From Escherichia coli (GTDB lineage: Bacteria; Pseudomonadota; Gammaproteobacteria; Enterobacterales; Enterobacteriaceae), in assembly GCF_044324875.1 (NCBI RefSeq), contig NZ_CP172185.1: a stretch of DNA of 64,000 nucleotides, one strand, 5' to 3'. This document shows, one piece after another, positions 35,274 to 47,180 of the stretch. How positions within the stretch are numbered: position 1 is the stretch's first letter; each line of letters opens with the position of its first letter. A program made the position numbers and the translations under genes. Under the pieces are notes generated by a model. It was not told the DNA's origin. It ran no database searches and was given only the letters and a program-made list of their open reading frames with translations.

Positions 35274-36458
35274 TTACTTAATACCGTATTCTCGGCTTAA
35301 CCGGCCGTGCAACCTCAACACATTGGTTTCAACTGCCGTCACCACGTTCTCCGGAAAATCTGTCGGTAATGAAGTCTTCACGTTATCCAGTGCTGCCGGA
35401 ATCATTCTGGCAAAGTCACTCAGGATTTCATGCATCTGCACTTCCGGAAATTTCAGCAACTTTGCTGTCGCCAGAAAATGTCGCGGATAAATTTTATCGA
35501 TTGCCGTTTTTTTGCCTTTGGATGCGTTAAGCCCCATTGCCAGTTTGAACCACTGGAACACCTGAAACTTCATAAAATCATAGCGATCTTTCAGCGCCTC
35601 GCTGGACCCCATCAAAAAAGCCATGATCCGCGCGATGCCTGGGCCTCCATCTGATTCATATTTCACCGATGAAGTTAAACCGAATGTCTGACACATATCC
35701 TCCTGTGGCAAGCGAAGTAAAACCGTTCGCTCAGCATTCCAACGCCTGTCAAAACGTTCGACCGCTAACGCGCGCACATTCCCCGCTTTAATGATTTCTG
35801 CGTCCGGCACATTCAACCCAAGTTCTTTCGCCAGCAGCAGACAGTAATACTCATTATCAACGCTTTGGCTGAGATCGAGCGTCGCATTGGGCTGCCTGAT
35901 TTCGCCAATCGGTAATTTAATGATGTGCGTCGTCGGCGTTATTCCTTTCGGAATGCACCAGTCATTGCCTATTCTGAGCAGCGCTGTCTTCTCCTGCGCG
36001 CCAGCAACCGAGATGCGAAAGTCATTTTCTTCTCTAATCATGCCCAGAGGGATATCTGCTTTATAAGCCGTTAATACTTCTTCAAGTCTGGCTTCAGTAA
36101 GCTTTTCCCATGCCATTATCGGATGCGTTACGGTTTCGTCTTCGGGTATTAACGTCACGGCACCAACGCTGTCTCGCCCTATTTCTGACAATAAATCAAA
36201 CGGTTGTCTGGATTTGGCATGATAACGTTTAACGATCCGGTCACGTACAATCGGGCTATCGGGTAACAGATTATCGAAGAAGTTAAATACGGCATCAGAG
36301 GTGATATTCCCCCTCTGCAATGGCAGCGAAAGTGACAACGGTCTGGCATAACGGCTGGCTAACCACTCCGGTGCATACTTAAAGGTGTGCGCGCCGTTGG
36401 CTAACTTCGTTAACTCGCCTACCCGCTGGTTGTTCATCCAAGTGACAAGTTTAGGCAT
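35274..36458 (-). CDS. hipA: HipA serine/threonine kinase toxin, internally deleted allele (394 aa)
   Basis: Starts MPKLVTWMNNQRVGEL… at 36458, overlapping the hipB stop by 1 nt. Sequence reads …DFMKFQVFQW-FK-LAMGLNASKGKK…; the segment containing the GATDGHAKNF catalytic motif is absent. ORF track start 36515 is upstream of the hipB stop and is rejected. Confidence 0.85.
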   Translation of the reverse strand: MPKLVTWMNNQRVGELTKLANGAHTFKYAPEWLASRYARPLSLSLPLQRGNITSDAVFNFFDNLLPDSPIVRDRIVKRYHAKSRQPFDLLSEIGRDSVGAVTLIPEDETVTHPIMAWEKLTEARLEEVLTAYKADIPLGMIREENDFRISVAGAQEKTALLRIGNDWCIPKGITPTTHIIKLPIGEIRQPNATLDLSQSVDNEYYCLLLAKELGLNVPDAEIIKAGNVRALAVERFDRRWNAERTVLLRLPQEDMCQTFGLTSSVKYESDGGPGIARIMAFLMGSSEALKDRYDFMKFQVFQWFKLAMGLNASKGKKTAIDKIYPRHFLATAKLLKFPEVQMHEILSDFARMIPAALDNVKTSLPTDFPENVVTAVETNVLRLHGRLSREYGIK

Positions 36459-36724
36459 TACCACTCCAGATCTTGCTGTTCTGTTGATTCTGGCGAGGCA
36501 TTTTTCGCGTCGCATAGCGTCATTGAGAGTTCAAGCGACTGTAAAATCTTAAAAAATGTCGTGAGCGTGGTATTGTCAGGGTTGTTTTCGAAATTGGAAA
36601 TTGTCGCCTGCTTAATACCGATTTTTTTCGCCAGCTCGCTCTGCGTCCAGCCATTTTGCTGACGAACCAGTTTCATTGCATTCGCTAATTGCGTTGGGTT
36701 ATAGATCTTCTGAAAGCTCATCAT
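36458..36724 (-). CDS. hipB: HipB antitoxin (Cro/C1-type HTH)
   Basis: MMSFQKIYNPTQLANAMKLVRQQNGWTQSELAKKIGIKQATISNFE…, 88 aa; ORF track start at 36742 would lie inside the operator region. Confidence 0.92.
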   Translation of the reverse strand: MMSFQKIYNPTQLANAMKLVRQQNGWTQSELAKKIGIKQATISNFENNPDNTTLTTFFKILQSLELSMTLCDAKNASPESTEQQDLEW

Positions 36725-36745
36725 GTCATACGTCCACAGCATATT

Positions 36746-36859
36746 TATCCGCTCAAGGGGATATTATCAGTTTTATCCTTTAGTGGGGATAAAGTCAATC
36801 AGGAAACACATCTTATCCGCTGTACGGGATAAACGCTGCGATATCCTCGATCGCGGATA
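36746..36859 (-). promoter_or_regulatory. hipBA promoter with four HipB operators (TATCC-N8-GGATA)
   Basis: Four exact TATCC-N8-GGATA palindromes at 36746-36763, 36774-36791, 36814-36831 and 36842-36859. Confidence 0.85.
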
Positions 36860-36871
36860 AAAGGAAGGCTT

Positions 36872-36900
36872 AAGCCGCATGCCATCTCGACATGCGGCTT
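36872..36900 (-). terminator. stem-loop downstream of the autotransporter gene
   Basis: Perfect 10-bp inverted repeat aagccgcatg / catgcggctt with 9-nt loop, 8 bp 3' of the autotransporter stop; the following U-tract is weak. Confidence 0.45.
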
Positions 36901-36907
36901 ATACGGT

Positions 36908-39900
36908 TTACCAGCTATATTTCACTCCCAGCATGCCCTGAGTATCGCTATAGCCTTTATCACCTAGTTGCACACCGACATTCCCCCACAGGCTAAGGTT
37001 GTTATTTACTTTCGCCTCAACCCCGGTACGTACTTCACCGAGATTACGCGCACCATCACGGCTTACGGTTTGACCATTCATCTTCACTGCGTAGACTTTG
37101 CTGTTGTTGATCCAGTTCGCTTCAATGTAAGGCTGGAACTCACGCTGTTTACCATCGTCACGCTGGTGATGGCTGTTCAGGTAGGTTTTCACCCCAAGTC
37201 GCGTTTGCACGTTTCCGTCGCCTTCCGTTTCAATGCGTGTTCCGTCTTTCCGGGTATGGTCAGAATCTTTCACACCCATCCAGGTGATTTGTACCTGTGG
37301 CTGGACGTACCAGGTATTCAGCGTCCCTTCGCTGCCGCTAAAAGTTCCCGCTTCAAAGGTATACCCACCCTCAACAGAGGCCGTCACACCGCGAGAATCA
37401 TAGTCGTCAGCAGAACGGTTATCGGAACTGACGCTGTTATCAAACCAGTTATACAGCGCCCAGCTGTCAACATAAGCGCCGGTCTTATTCGCATCGTTCT
37501 GATACCAGGTCGCGTACAGTCCTGCGCTGTAACCGCTGATGCGCCCATCCGATTTATAACCCACACGATTACTCTGAGTATTACTGTGCTGATTGGCGTA
37601 GCCTGCCATCACGCCAAGATGCCAGCGATCCTGCGCGTTGCTACTCCACTGCGCCAAATCGCCTCCTAGCTGCAATACATAGCGGTTAGCCTGAGTATTT
37701 AGCTGGCCGTCACCGGTCCTGAAACGTTCGTGCCCCCCGACATGACGCATCCACATACTGCTTGCCGAACCCTGAGAATGCAGTGAATCTGTATACTGCG
37801 GCTCACCCAGACGGTCGTGTAAGCGATGGCTAAACAGCGAGTTGGCTGCGGCAATGTTGCTGATATAGCTTCCGGCCTCCGGGCGATAAACTGATGGGCC
37901 TTCCGGATCCACAACAGGGGGATTATTGATGGGATCGGGTGTATCCGGTGGCGTTACGCCTTCCCATTTACTGGTCAGATACCAGTTTTTCTCGTCATTC
38001 CCCTTCCCTTTAGCCAGCGTGTAGACGTAAGCCCCAGCTTCGACAGTTCCGGTGGTCAGCGCGAAGTTACCTGCAGAATTACCGCCAACCTCAATGAGTT
38101 CAATACCGTTGACCGTTTGTGCACCGACGCCGCCAATGTTATCAACCCGAACGCGAGTGTTCCCTTGGGTATCGCCTTTCACGTTCATCTTATCGGTGGG
38201 CGAATTATCGCCGCCCAGCGTCGCGTTGAACGTCATCAGGCCATTGTTTCCATTATAGTTACCGTTAACGGTCAGTACATTCCCCGGTTTCCCCCCTTCG
38301 CTGTTCATTTGAACCGTGCCACCATTCTCCAGGTTACCGCCGACAGTGGTTTTAGCGACACGCAGTGTCCCCCCTGGCATAACGTTCACATCACCTGCAG
38401 TGGTGACATTTCCCGACATCACACCGCTGTTATGGATATTAATGTGCTGACTTGCCATATTAATGGCAGAGTCGGAACCGAAAGCAATTTCACCACCCAC
38501 GATATCCGTCGTACCCTGATACGCCGCGGAATCGTTGTTAAGAGTCAGGATCCCGGTACCCAGTTTTGTCACATCACCGCTACCGCTGATACTGTGCGTC
38601 ATCGCCCAGCTACGCTCAGTGGAGATGGTGAGCAGGCCATTATTGATAACGGAAGCATCACCCAGGTTTTTCTGATCGTTGACGCTGAGCGCGCTGCCTG
38701 TATCAATGTTGAATTGCCCCACAAAGCGGCTATTATCGCCATCCAGCTCTACATCTGTCCTGGCGGTTGCGCTCACGATACCCTTCCCGCTTATGCTATT
38801 ACGCAGTTCTCCAGTCACGTTTTTTAGCGTTAACAGACCGTCATTGGCAATATTTCCTCTGCCTAACCCCTGCGTATTATCGAGGCTGACTTCCGCATTT
38901 GGGCTAATGCTGGTTAACGCATTGTAGCGTGCATTAAGCCCCTCGATAGCCAGTGTTCCCCCTGTAACATTCAGGTTTCCGCCACCTGTCAGTTCACCCT
39001 GACTGATCCCACCTTTATTTACCGTGAGCGCCCCCTCTTTGAACAAAACAGTCGAACCCATCTGCCCGGTGAATGTCTCTACCGTCTGCGTCGATCCATT
39101 AAGATCGACGATGGCCGCGTTGCTGATGTTCAGTTCCCGGGTGTTGCCAAGTGCACCATCCGCATCGGTACGTAATGTCCCCATCTGAACGTAGGTTGCC
39201 CCCTGATAGTCGTTCTGACCGTTGGAAAGCGAAACCTGTCGTACCGTATTGATTGCCAGATCCCCTTCACCACCGATTTTTGCCGACATATCGGCTGTTG
39301 CGCCATAGGCTCCGCCATGTTCGGCTAACGTCAGCTTTTGCCCACCATGGATGTTCAGCGCTTTCAGCCCATAGTTAACGTACAAACCATCACCTGGTGC
39401 GGTCGTGAGGCGGAATCCATAATCACCCTCGGCGACCACTGTTCCGTTTTGTGCAATGTGTAACTTTTTGTCCGCTTCCACCGCGTCGCCCTGTAAATCA
39501 CGTAACGTTAATGAGCCACCCGATCCAATAACCGTTTGCGCCTTCACCAGTTGAACGCCGACATGGCTATCATCGTGTTCCAGCAAATTGAGCGTCGTCA
39601 GAGGGTTATTCGCCATGGGATCATTCCACGGTTTAGGCACGTCGATAAGCACGTCGCCCATCCCGTTTACCTGATAGTTACGGCCTTTCCAGGTGTAGTC
39701 ACCCGTGCCGACAACCAGCGTATCGACGCTGATATATCCCTCCGCAAGCGTCGCAGCAGGTATATCCGTATCGAAAGTGAGCGTACCGCCATTCATGGCT
39801 AGTCCACCAATGGATTGCTCTCCCACTTTTACCGATGTGGTATTTTCACTGTCAGACTGAAGCATCGCGTGAGTAAGCGCAGCGGTGTTGTCGCGTTCCA

Positions 39901-41723
39901 GTGTGAAGGTACTGTCTTTCAGTTGGGCAACACCGGCGAATTCAGTTCCTGTTGCATGGGTAAAGCCAAACATTTTGTCGGAGGATGACAGCTGCACTCG
40001 CATCAAGCCATCGCCTTTGAGCGCATTGGTCAGCGTGTAATCTCCTGCACTGTTCGTTGATGCGAGAATGTCGAGCGTACCGGGGCTTGCAATGGTTACT
40101 TCACTCGAACCCATGCCTGTTACCCCATCTGCCGTATGTGACGCAATAGTCAGGAGGCCGTCATTGACCAGCGTTTTACCACTATAAGTATTCCCTGCAT
40201 TGAACACCGTATGGCCTGCATCATGCATCACTTTTCCGTCTTTATCGTCACCCGTAATCAGCATATCGACCTGGTAGCCGGCATCACTGTTATTAGTATG
40301 ATTAAAGACAAAAACGCCTTCGCCAAGACCAAACTCCACTTTCGTCGCATTGGTGATAAACCCGGCATCTGCCGCCGCCTCACCGTGAGCAGCACCAATG
40401 TTTAGCGTTCCTACAGCAGGTTCAAAAACACCTAAGTAAACTTCTCCACCTTCGACATTCAACGTGCCGTTATTCGTCAGGGTTAACGTACCCGTGCCTG
40501 TCGTCCCTACGTTCATATTGAATGTTTCAAGAAGAGAGTTCTGCCCATCCACCCGCACGTCGCCCTTACTTTTGTCATTGAGAGCTATTTGTGTATCACG
40601 CGCTTTAACTATACCTCCGGTGGTAATATTCAGTTCACCCGTGCCTAATACACCGACCTGTAGCAATTGGGCGTTAGTAGATGACGTTTTTAAATTCCAG
40701 AGACTATCCGTTGAAATATTAACTATCCCCTTACCGGAGGCATTTCCTCCGATAAATCCATAGCCCGTTGAATTAAGAGTGGCACCATTACTGACATTTA
40801 CGATGCCGCTACCAAAATTACCGACATTGATACCTACAGTATCGAACGATGATGTCGCATCCATCAGGTTCAGTGTGCCGATACCGCTTGCTTTATCGCC
40901 CAAAAAAGTAATATTTTGCGATACGAACTTACCGCCATCGCTGATATTGAGGTTTCCGACACCCGCAACACCAATGGTGGTATAGACATTCTTATTGACC
41001 TCCCACATCCCCCCCGTGGTGATGCTGACATTCCCGACGCCGGTTTCTCCATAACCGAGTGAGCTTCCTCCGTTGCTGACAACAAGCCCCTCATTACTGA
41101 TATTCATTTCGCCGTGGCCGTCATAACCAAGATTAGTTCCGAGATTAGTGATAACGGAGTTCTTATCCTTAATAGTAATGTTGCCTGTGCCTGTTTCTTT
41201 CATCCCCGCAGTGATAATTCCCGAATCTACTTTTCCTTCACTCGAGACATTAAGTTCACCGTCGCCAGCATCACCGATATAGATATAGCGGAAAGCTTCG
41301 CCCGTTCCGAGGAAATTCCAATGCCCTTTATCGGTCACGTTGACGACACCGTGGGACCCGTCCTGAACGCCCACAAATGAATATTCTTTGTTATTAATCA
41401 GTCCATTATTGGAAATATTGACTTTGCCATTACCGAAATATCCATTATAGAGTCTGCGTACCGTGATAACAGAGTCTTGATCCTGCACATTCAGGGTTCC
41501 GATACCGGTGGCATTGCCACCGATAATCGTATTTTCAGCCGTAATCAGCCCCCCCTCGCGAATAGTCGCTTCCCCCGTGCCTTGATTGCCAATTTGAAAT
41601 TCAATTGAGGAATCATTATTTTTTATTAGCCACTCGCCACCCTTTTCAACGACAACCTTACCATTGCTGTTCGCCTGATATCCTACAATGGCGACGATTG
41701 AACTCGTGACGTAACCCTTATCC
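36908..41723 (-). pseudogene. AIDA-type autotransporter adhesin, 5' end truncated by IS1 (ydeK/yneO-like)
   Basis: About 1600 codons of uninterrupted frame: long Gly/Thr/Asn-rich repetitive passenger and C-terminal beta-barrel ending …LGVKYSW. The frame runs directly into IS1 at 41724; the first 5 codons of the listed ORF are IS1 sequence and no signal peptide is present. Confidence 0.8.
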
Positions 41724-41778
41724 GGTGATGCTGCCAACTTACTGATTTAGTGTATGATGGTGTTTTTGAGGTGCTCCA

Positions 41779-42054
41779 GTGGCTTCTGTTTCTATCAGCT
41801 GTCCCTCCTGTTCAGCTACTGACGGGGTGGTGCGTAACGGCAAAAGCACCGCCGGACATCAGCGCTATCTCTGCTCTCACTGCCGTAAAACATGGCAACT
41901 GCAGTTCACTTACACCGCTTCTCAACCCGGTACGCACCAGAAAATCATTGATATGGCCATGAATGGCGTTGGATGCCGGGCAACTGCCCGCATTATGGGC
42001 GTTGGCCTCAACACGATTTTACGTCACTTAAAAAACTCAGGCCGCAGTCGGTAA
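41779..42054 (+). CDS. insA: IS1 InsA
   Basis: 91-aa [46 protein letters not shown]… (zinc-finger and HTH). Confidence 0.93.
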
Positions 42055-42476
42055 CCTCGCGCATACAGCCGGGCAGTGACGTCATCGTCTGCGCGGAAAT
42101 GGACGAACAGTGGGGCTATGTCGGGGCTAAATCGCGCCAGCGCTGGCTGTTTTACGCGTATGACAGGCTCCGGAAGACGGTTGTTGCGCACGTATTCGGT
42201 GAACGCACTATGGCGACGCTGGGGCGTCTTATGAGCCTGCTGTCACCCTTTGACGTGGTGATATGGATGACGGATGGCTGGCCACTGTATGAATCCCGCC
42301 TGAAGGGAAAGCTGCACGTAATCAGCAAGCGATATACGCAGCGAATTGAGCGGCATAACCTGAATCTGAGGCAGCACCTGGCACGGCTGGGACGGAAGTC
42401 GCTGTCGTTCTCAAAATCGGTGGAGCTGCATGACAAAGTCATCGGGCATTATCTGAACATAAAACACTATCAATAA
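41973..42476 (+). CDS. insB: IS1 InsB frame (expressed as InsAB' transposase by -1 frameshift)
   Basis: 167-aa ORF in the -1 frame relative to insA, overlapping it across the A6C slippery site. Confidence 0.9.
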
Positions 42477-42771
42477 GTTGGAGTCATTACCGAAAATTAC
42501 CATCATCATATTTAACAAAGAATAGCACTAATTGCTAAAAAAAGAAGTTTATTAAACCCCTTTTTCATCCATTAATGCCTTTAGGAATATTCGATATAAA
42601 ATAAGGGTTATGCTTAATGCTTTAAGAAAAATAGCAATTTCCCCTTGAATATATTACGGGCGATGGAACGATGAATCTGCAAGCTGGCATTTAACAAACC
42701 AGCTCTAAAAGAAGGGAAATAAGAATACTCAAAAAACAGCCACGGTCATCATGATGTGGCTGTCAATGAAA

Positions 42772-44364
42772 CTATAACCCAGGCGCTTTCCATAACGACG
42801 TCGTCAGTCCATGATCAACCAGCCCCAGCTGATCCTGATAAACTGCCTGCCACTTATCCCGTGAATCCTGATAAAGTTCATGCTTTTCCGGGTCTGGTGT
42901 GTGCGTCCGTTCCCAGCGAACCAGGCGTTCTCCGGTTTCTGCCATTGATGAAAAAATTCCGGCACCGACGCCAGCTGCAATGGCACATCCTAATGCGGTG
43001 GCTTCTTTGACCACCGGAATATTGACGGGTAATCCCGAGACATCAGCGAGAATTTGACTCCATAATTTCCCTTTTGAACCTCCGCCTGCAAAGACTAACG
43101 ATGAAGGATGAATATTCGAGAAATCAGCGATTTGTTGCAAATTACACGCTGATACAATCGCCGCATTTTCTTCCAGCGCACGGAACAACGTCGCTTTGTT
43201 ACATTTATCCGGATCAATAGACAAATTAATAAAGGAAGGCGCAGCGTGATACCAGGTTTTAAAGCGCATTCTGTCGGAGAATATCGGCATTACGCCCCAC
43301 GACCCAGGCGGCACCCGACTTGCCATCTCTTCCAGCAGCGTATAGGTGTCGATGCCTAAACGTTCGGCAATCAGTTTTTCTTCGGCACAGAAAGCATCGC
43401 GGAACCAGCGCATGGTGAGTCCGGTAAAAAAGCTTATAGATTCAGCTTGTACCATGCCAGGAATAACATGAGGATTAACGCGCACGTTCATTTCTGGGTC
43501 TGTCACCGGCGCGGCTAAGTTTACAACTTGCTGCCAGAATGTGCCGCCAAGAACAGCGGTTTGTGCCGGACGCACAACGCCTAACCCCAGGCAACCAAGT
43601 TGCACGTCGCCTCCTCCAACGACCACCGGAGTGCCCGCCTTCAGACCGCAGAGTTCCGCCGCTTGTGAACTTACCACGCCCAGCAATGTGCCGGTTTCTT
43701 TGACAGGAGAAAGAATATCGGCCCGCAGTCCGGCCATATCCAGCAATGCAGGTTTCCAGTCACGGGTGGTTAGGTCAAGAAGTCCCGTGGTGCCAGCGTT
43801 AGAGGGATCCACCGCCAGTTCGCCGCTGAGCATATAGGCCAGCCAGTCGCTGATCATGGTGATGGTCGACGCCTGTCGGTAGATATCAGAACGATGGTGC
43901 GCCAGCCAAAGTAATCTGGGAATAGCGCTTAAAGCCAGCGTTTGTCCGGTGGCGCGATAAACTTCGTTTTCAAAGGTATTGTTGTGCAGTTCTTTAAGTT
44001 CGCTAACTTCGCGCGCCGCTCTGGCATCCACATTGGCGCAGGCCCAGATCGGTGTTCCTTCATTGTTATATAAAACAATGCCTTCGCGCATCGAACATGC
44101 CGAAACGGCAGCGATATACTCCGGGGCTATGCCGGCGTTGTGCAGCGCCTGGCGCATACACTCACACGCCAGTTGCCAGTTTTTGTTGAGATCAAATTCC
44201 ATAGAACCAGGAACGTCCGGTACTGCCAGATGCCGCCACTCCGCCTGTCCCACTGCTATTTGATTGCCTTCCAGGTCGAATATCACAGCCCGAATACTTC
44301 CGGTGCCTGCATCCAGCGCCATCAGGTAGTACTTTGATTCTGAAGGGGTAAAGAGTCGAGCCAT
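42772..44364 (-). CDS. lsrK: autoinducer-2 kinase LsrK
   Basis: 530-aa FGGY-family carbohydrate kinase ORF, downstream of lsrR. Confidence 0.93.
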   Translation of the reverse strand: MARLFTPSESKYYLMALDAGTGSIRAVIFDLEGNQIAVGQAEWRHLAVPDVPGSMEFDLNKNWQLACECMRQALHNAGIAPEYIAAVSACSMREGIVLYNNEGTPIWACANVDARAAREVSELKELHNNTFENEVYRATGQTLALSAIPRLLWLAHHRSDIYRQASTITMISDWLAYMLSGELAVDPSNAGTTGLLDLTTRDWKPALLDMAGLRADILSPVKETGTLLGVVSSQAAELCGLKAGTPVVVGGGDVQLGCLGLGVVRPAQTAVLGGTFWQQVVNLAAPVTDPEMNVRVNPHVIPGMVQAESISFFTGLTMRWFRDAFCAEEKLIAERLGIDTYTLLEEMASRVPPGSWGVMPIFSDRMRFKTWYHAAPSFINLSIDPDKCNKATLFRALEENAAIVSACNLQQIADFSNIHPSSLVFAGGGSKGKLWSQILADVSGLPVNIPVVKEATALGCAIAAGVGAGIFSSMAETGERLVRWERTHTPDPEKHELYQDSRDKWQAVYQDQLGLVDHGLTTSLWKAPGL

Positions 44365-44442
44365 TAGATTATCCTCGGCTTATGCGTTCTGTCTGTTCCT
44401 CTATACGTTCTCCATCATTCCCGGTAATAAGGTCATGCAAAT

Positions 44443-45396
44443 TTAAATACGTAAAATCGCCGCTGCTGTGTCCTGATCGGTAACCAGTGCGTTGATATAG
44501 CCGCCTTTCATTGCAGCGGCAATGGCTTCGGCTTTATTTTCTCCCCCTGCCACACCAACCCGGACGGGAATGGTCTTCAGCGCGCTTAAAGGTAAGCCAA
44601 TCAGTTCGTTATGTATTTTAATATCCGTGACAACGTCACCTTTTGCATCAAAAAAGTAGCCTAAAATGTCGCCAACCGCCCCTTTTCGACCAATCATTAA
44701 CTGTTCGCCCTGGCTGATATAGCCGGAGCGAATGATTGTTGCGTCGTCTTGTTGACTCACAGCCCCAATGCCGACAATCGCCACATCCGCTGCTTGCGCG
44801 GCTAGCAGAACGTCTTTGACGCAATTTTCATTTTTTAGCGTACGGGCAATGTCAGCGGAGGATGCCCGCAACGGAGCCGGAATAATATTCACACTGCACG
44901 CCGCGTTAAGCTGCCCGATACCCGTCATATAAGAACCGACGCCACCGGAGAGCGTGACCAGGCGAATTTGCTGTGACGAAATAAAACCACTTAAGCGTTG
45001 CAGCGTATTCATGGTTGCCTCGCCAAAACCAATCGCCAGCATCTGTTGTGGTTGAAGTAAACTCATCAACATATGCGCCGCGCCTATCCCCAGTCGCCCG
45101 CCGACATCAGCATCCGCAAGCCCAGGGATCACCCGGACATGTTGTAGCGAAAACTGACGACGTAATTGTGTTTCATATTCCAGACAGCCTTCAAAGCGAG
45201 AATTAATCTGCACGCGAATAATGCCGGACTGATGCCCTTTCTCCAGTAATCGCGACACTTTCAAACGGGTCAGCCCGAGACGATCGCTGATCTCGCTCTG
45301 GGTCAGCCCGTCGTGGTAGTAAAACCACGCGATCCGCGCGACCTGTTCTTCTTCACACATTCCCTGTTCTGAAATTGCCGAATCGTTGATTGTCAT
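44443..45396 (-). CDS. lsrR: lsr operon repressor LsrR (SorC family)
   Basis: 317-aa ORF with N-terminal HTH and SorC-type sugar-phosphate-binding domain; divergent from lsrA. Confidence 0.93.
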   Translation of the reverse strand: MTINDSAISEQGMCEEEQVARIAWFYYHDGLTQSEISDRLGLTRLKVSRLLEKGHQSGIIRVQINSRFEGCLEYETQLRRQFSLQHVRVIPGLADADVGGRLGIGAAHMLMSLLQPQQMLAIGFGEATMNTLQRLSGFISSQQIRLVTLSGGVGSYMTGIGQLNAACSVNIIPAPLRASSADIARTLKNENCVKDVLLAAQAADVAIVGIGAVSQQDDATIIRSGYISQGEQLMIGRKGAVGDILGYFFDAKGDVVTDIKIHNELIGLPLSALKTIPVRVGVAGGENKAEAIAAAMKGGYINALVTDQDTAAAILRI

Positions 45397-45464
45397 AATT
45401 CATTCTTCACTTTGAACATATTTAAATCTTTAATGCAATTGTTCAGTTCTTGCGCATTTATATC

Positions 45465-45480
45465 TGTGATAGCAACCACA
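45465..45480. promoter_or_regulatory. candidate CRP site in the lsrR-lsrA divergent promoter region
   Basis: TGTGA-tagcaa-CCACA, one mismatch from TGTGA-N6-TCACA; a weaker half-site copy sits at 45536-45551. Confidence 0.5.
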
Positions 45481-45644
45481 GTTTGACTCTACGAGCATGA
45501 ACAAACGCAACCGTGAAAATCAAAATAGCATAAATTGTGATCTATTCGTCGGAAATATATGCAATGCCCGCCTAAGGTTATGAACAAATTAAAAGCAAAA
45601 ATACATTTGTTCAAAACTCACCTGCAAAACTGAACGGGGGAAAT

Positions 45645-47180
45645 ATGCAAACGAGTGATACCCGCGCGTTACCGCTACTTTGCGCCCGCTCGGTTTATAA
45701 ACAGTATTCAGGGGTTAATGTCCTGAAAGGCATCGATTTTACGTTGCACCAGGGGGAGGTCCACGCCCTGCTCGGCGGCAATGGTGCCGGTAAATCGACG
45801 TTAATGAAGATTATTGCCGGTATTACCCCTGCTGATAGCGGTACGCTTGAGATTGGGGGCAACAACTACACCAGATTAACGCCAGTTCATGCTCATCAGC
45901 TGGGCATTTATCTCGTTCCCCAGGAACCGCTGCTTTTTCCAAGCCTGTCGATAAAAGAAAACATCCTGTTTGGTCTGGCAAAAAAACAACTCTCCATACA
46001 GAAAATGAATAACTTGCTGGTGGCGCTGGGCTGCCAGTTTGATCTGCATAGTCTGGCAGGATCGCTGGATGTCGCCGATCGCCAAATGGTGGAAATCCTC
46101 CGTGGGCTGATGCGCGACTCGCAGATTCTGATCCTCGATGAACCTACCGCCTCGCTTACCCCTGCGGAAACCGAACGCTTGTTTAGTCGCTTGCGGGAGC
46201 TGCTTGCTACTGGCGTGGGTATTGTTTTTATCTCGCATAAGCTGCCGGAAATTCGCCAGATTGCCGATCGGATTAGCGTGATGCGCGACGGAACTATCGC
46301 CTTAAGCGGCAAAACCATCGAACTGTCTACCGACGACATTATTCAGGCCATCACGCCAGCGTTACGGGAAAAATCGCTCTCTGCCAGCCAAAAATTATGG
46401 CTGGAGTTACCTGGCAACCGCCCACAACATGCCGCCGGAACGCCGGTGCTGACACTGGAAAACCTGACCGGCGAAGGTTTTATGAATGTCAGCCTGACGC
46501 TTAATGCCGGAGAAATTCTGGGGCTGGCTGGGCTGGTGGGGGCCGGACGCACAGAACTGGCCGAGACGCTCTATGGTCTGCGTACTTTGCGTGGCGGACG
46601 CATTATGCTGAATGGTAAAGAGATCAATAAATTATCCACTGGAGAACGTTTACTGCGCGGTCTGGTTTATCTGCCGGAAGATCGCCAGTCATCCGGACTG
46701 AATCTCGATGCTTCGCTGGCCTGGAATGTCTGCGCCCTTACTCATAACCTTCGTGGATTCTGGGCGAAAACCGCGAAAGATAACGCCACACTGGAACGTT
46801 ATCGTCGGGCGCTGAATATTAAATTTAACCAACCGGAACAAGCTGCGCGGACCTTATCCGGCGGCAACCAGCAAAAAATCCTGATTGCCAAATGTCTGGA
46901 AGCCTCGCCGCAAGTATTGATTGTCGATGAGCCGACGCGCGGCGTGGATGTCTCAGCCCGTAATGATATCTACCAGCTGTTGCGCAGCATCGCCGCACAG
47001 AATGTGGCAGTGCTGCTTATCTCCTCTGATCTGGAAGAGATCGAACTGATGGCAGATCGCGTATATGTGATGCATCAGGGCGAAATTGCCCACTCTGCAC
47101 TGACCGGACGCGATATTAATGTCGAGACCATTATGTGCGTTGCCTTCGGCGATAGTCAGCGTCAGGAGGCGTCATGCTGA
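45645..47180 (+). CDS. lsrA: AI-2 ABC transporter ATP-binding protein LsrA
   Basis: 511-aa ORF with duplicated ABC cassette (GGNGAGKST Walker A, LSGGNQQK signature). Confidence 0.93.
   Translation: MQTSDTRALPLLCARSVYKQYSGVNVLKGIDFTLHQGEVHALLGGNGAGKSTLMKIIAGITPADSGTLEIGGNNYTRLTPVHAHQLGIYLVPQEPLLFPSLSIKENILFGLAKKQLSIQKMNNLLVALGCQFDLHSLAGSLDVADRQMVEILRGLMRDSQILILDEPTASLTPAETERLFSRLRELLATGVGIVFISHKLPEIRQIADRISVMRDGTIALSGKTIELSTDDIIQAITPALREKSLSASQKLWLELPGNRPQHAAGTPVLTLENLTGEGFMNVSLTLNAGEILGLAGLVGAGRTELAETLYGLRTLRGGRIMLNGKEINKLSTGERLLRGLVYLPEDRQSSGLNLDASLAWNVCALTHNLRGFWAKTAKDNATLERYRRALNIKFNQPEQAARTLSGGNQQKILIAKCLEASPQVLIVDEPTRGVDVSARNDIYQLLRSIAAQNVAVLLISSDLEEIELMADRVYVMHQGEIAHSALTGRDINVETIMCVAFGDSQRQEASC

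Larger units (their letters stand above)
41724..42491 (+). mobile_element. IS1, 768 bp
   Basis: Left end GGTGATGCTGCCAACTTACTGAT, right end …AAGTTGGAGTCATTACC; insA and insB inside; A6C frameshift motif TTAAAAAACTC at 42028-42038. Flanking 9-mers differ (cccttatcc vs gaaaattac), so there is no target-site duplication. Confidence 0.93.

Noticed and set aside
36458-36515. Longer hipA start (413-aa ORF from 36515)
   Set aside because: The extension lies upstream of the hipB stop codon within hipB coding sequence; the recognised HipA N-terminus MPKLVTW begins at 36458 and overlaps the hipB stop by one base, as in the known hipBA arrangement.
36968-41380. Multiple ORFs (60-236 aa) antisense or out of frame within the autotransporter gene
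   Set aside because: The autotransporter passenger is repetitive and GC-biased, which generates long shadow ORFs; none has RBS or domain support.
37000-41700. Repetitive nucleotide pattern that could be mistaken for a repeat array
   Set aside because: Repeats are imperfect, variable in length and entirely in frame within one large ORF (passenger-domain repeats); there are no spacer-repeat units or cas genes, so this is not a CRISPR array.
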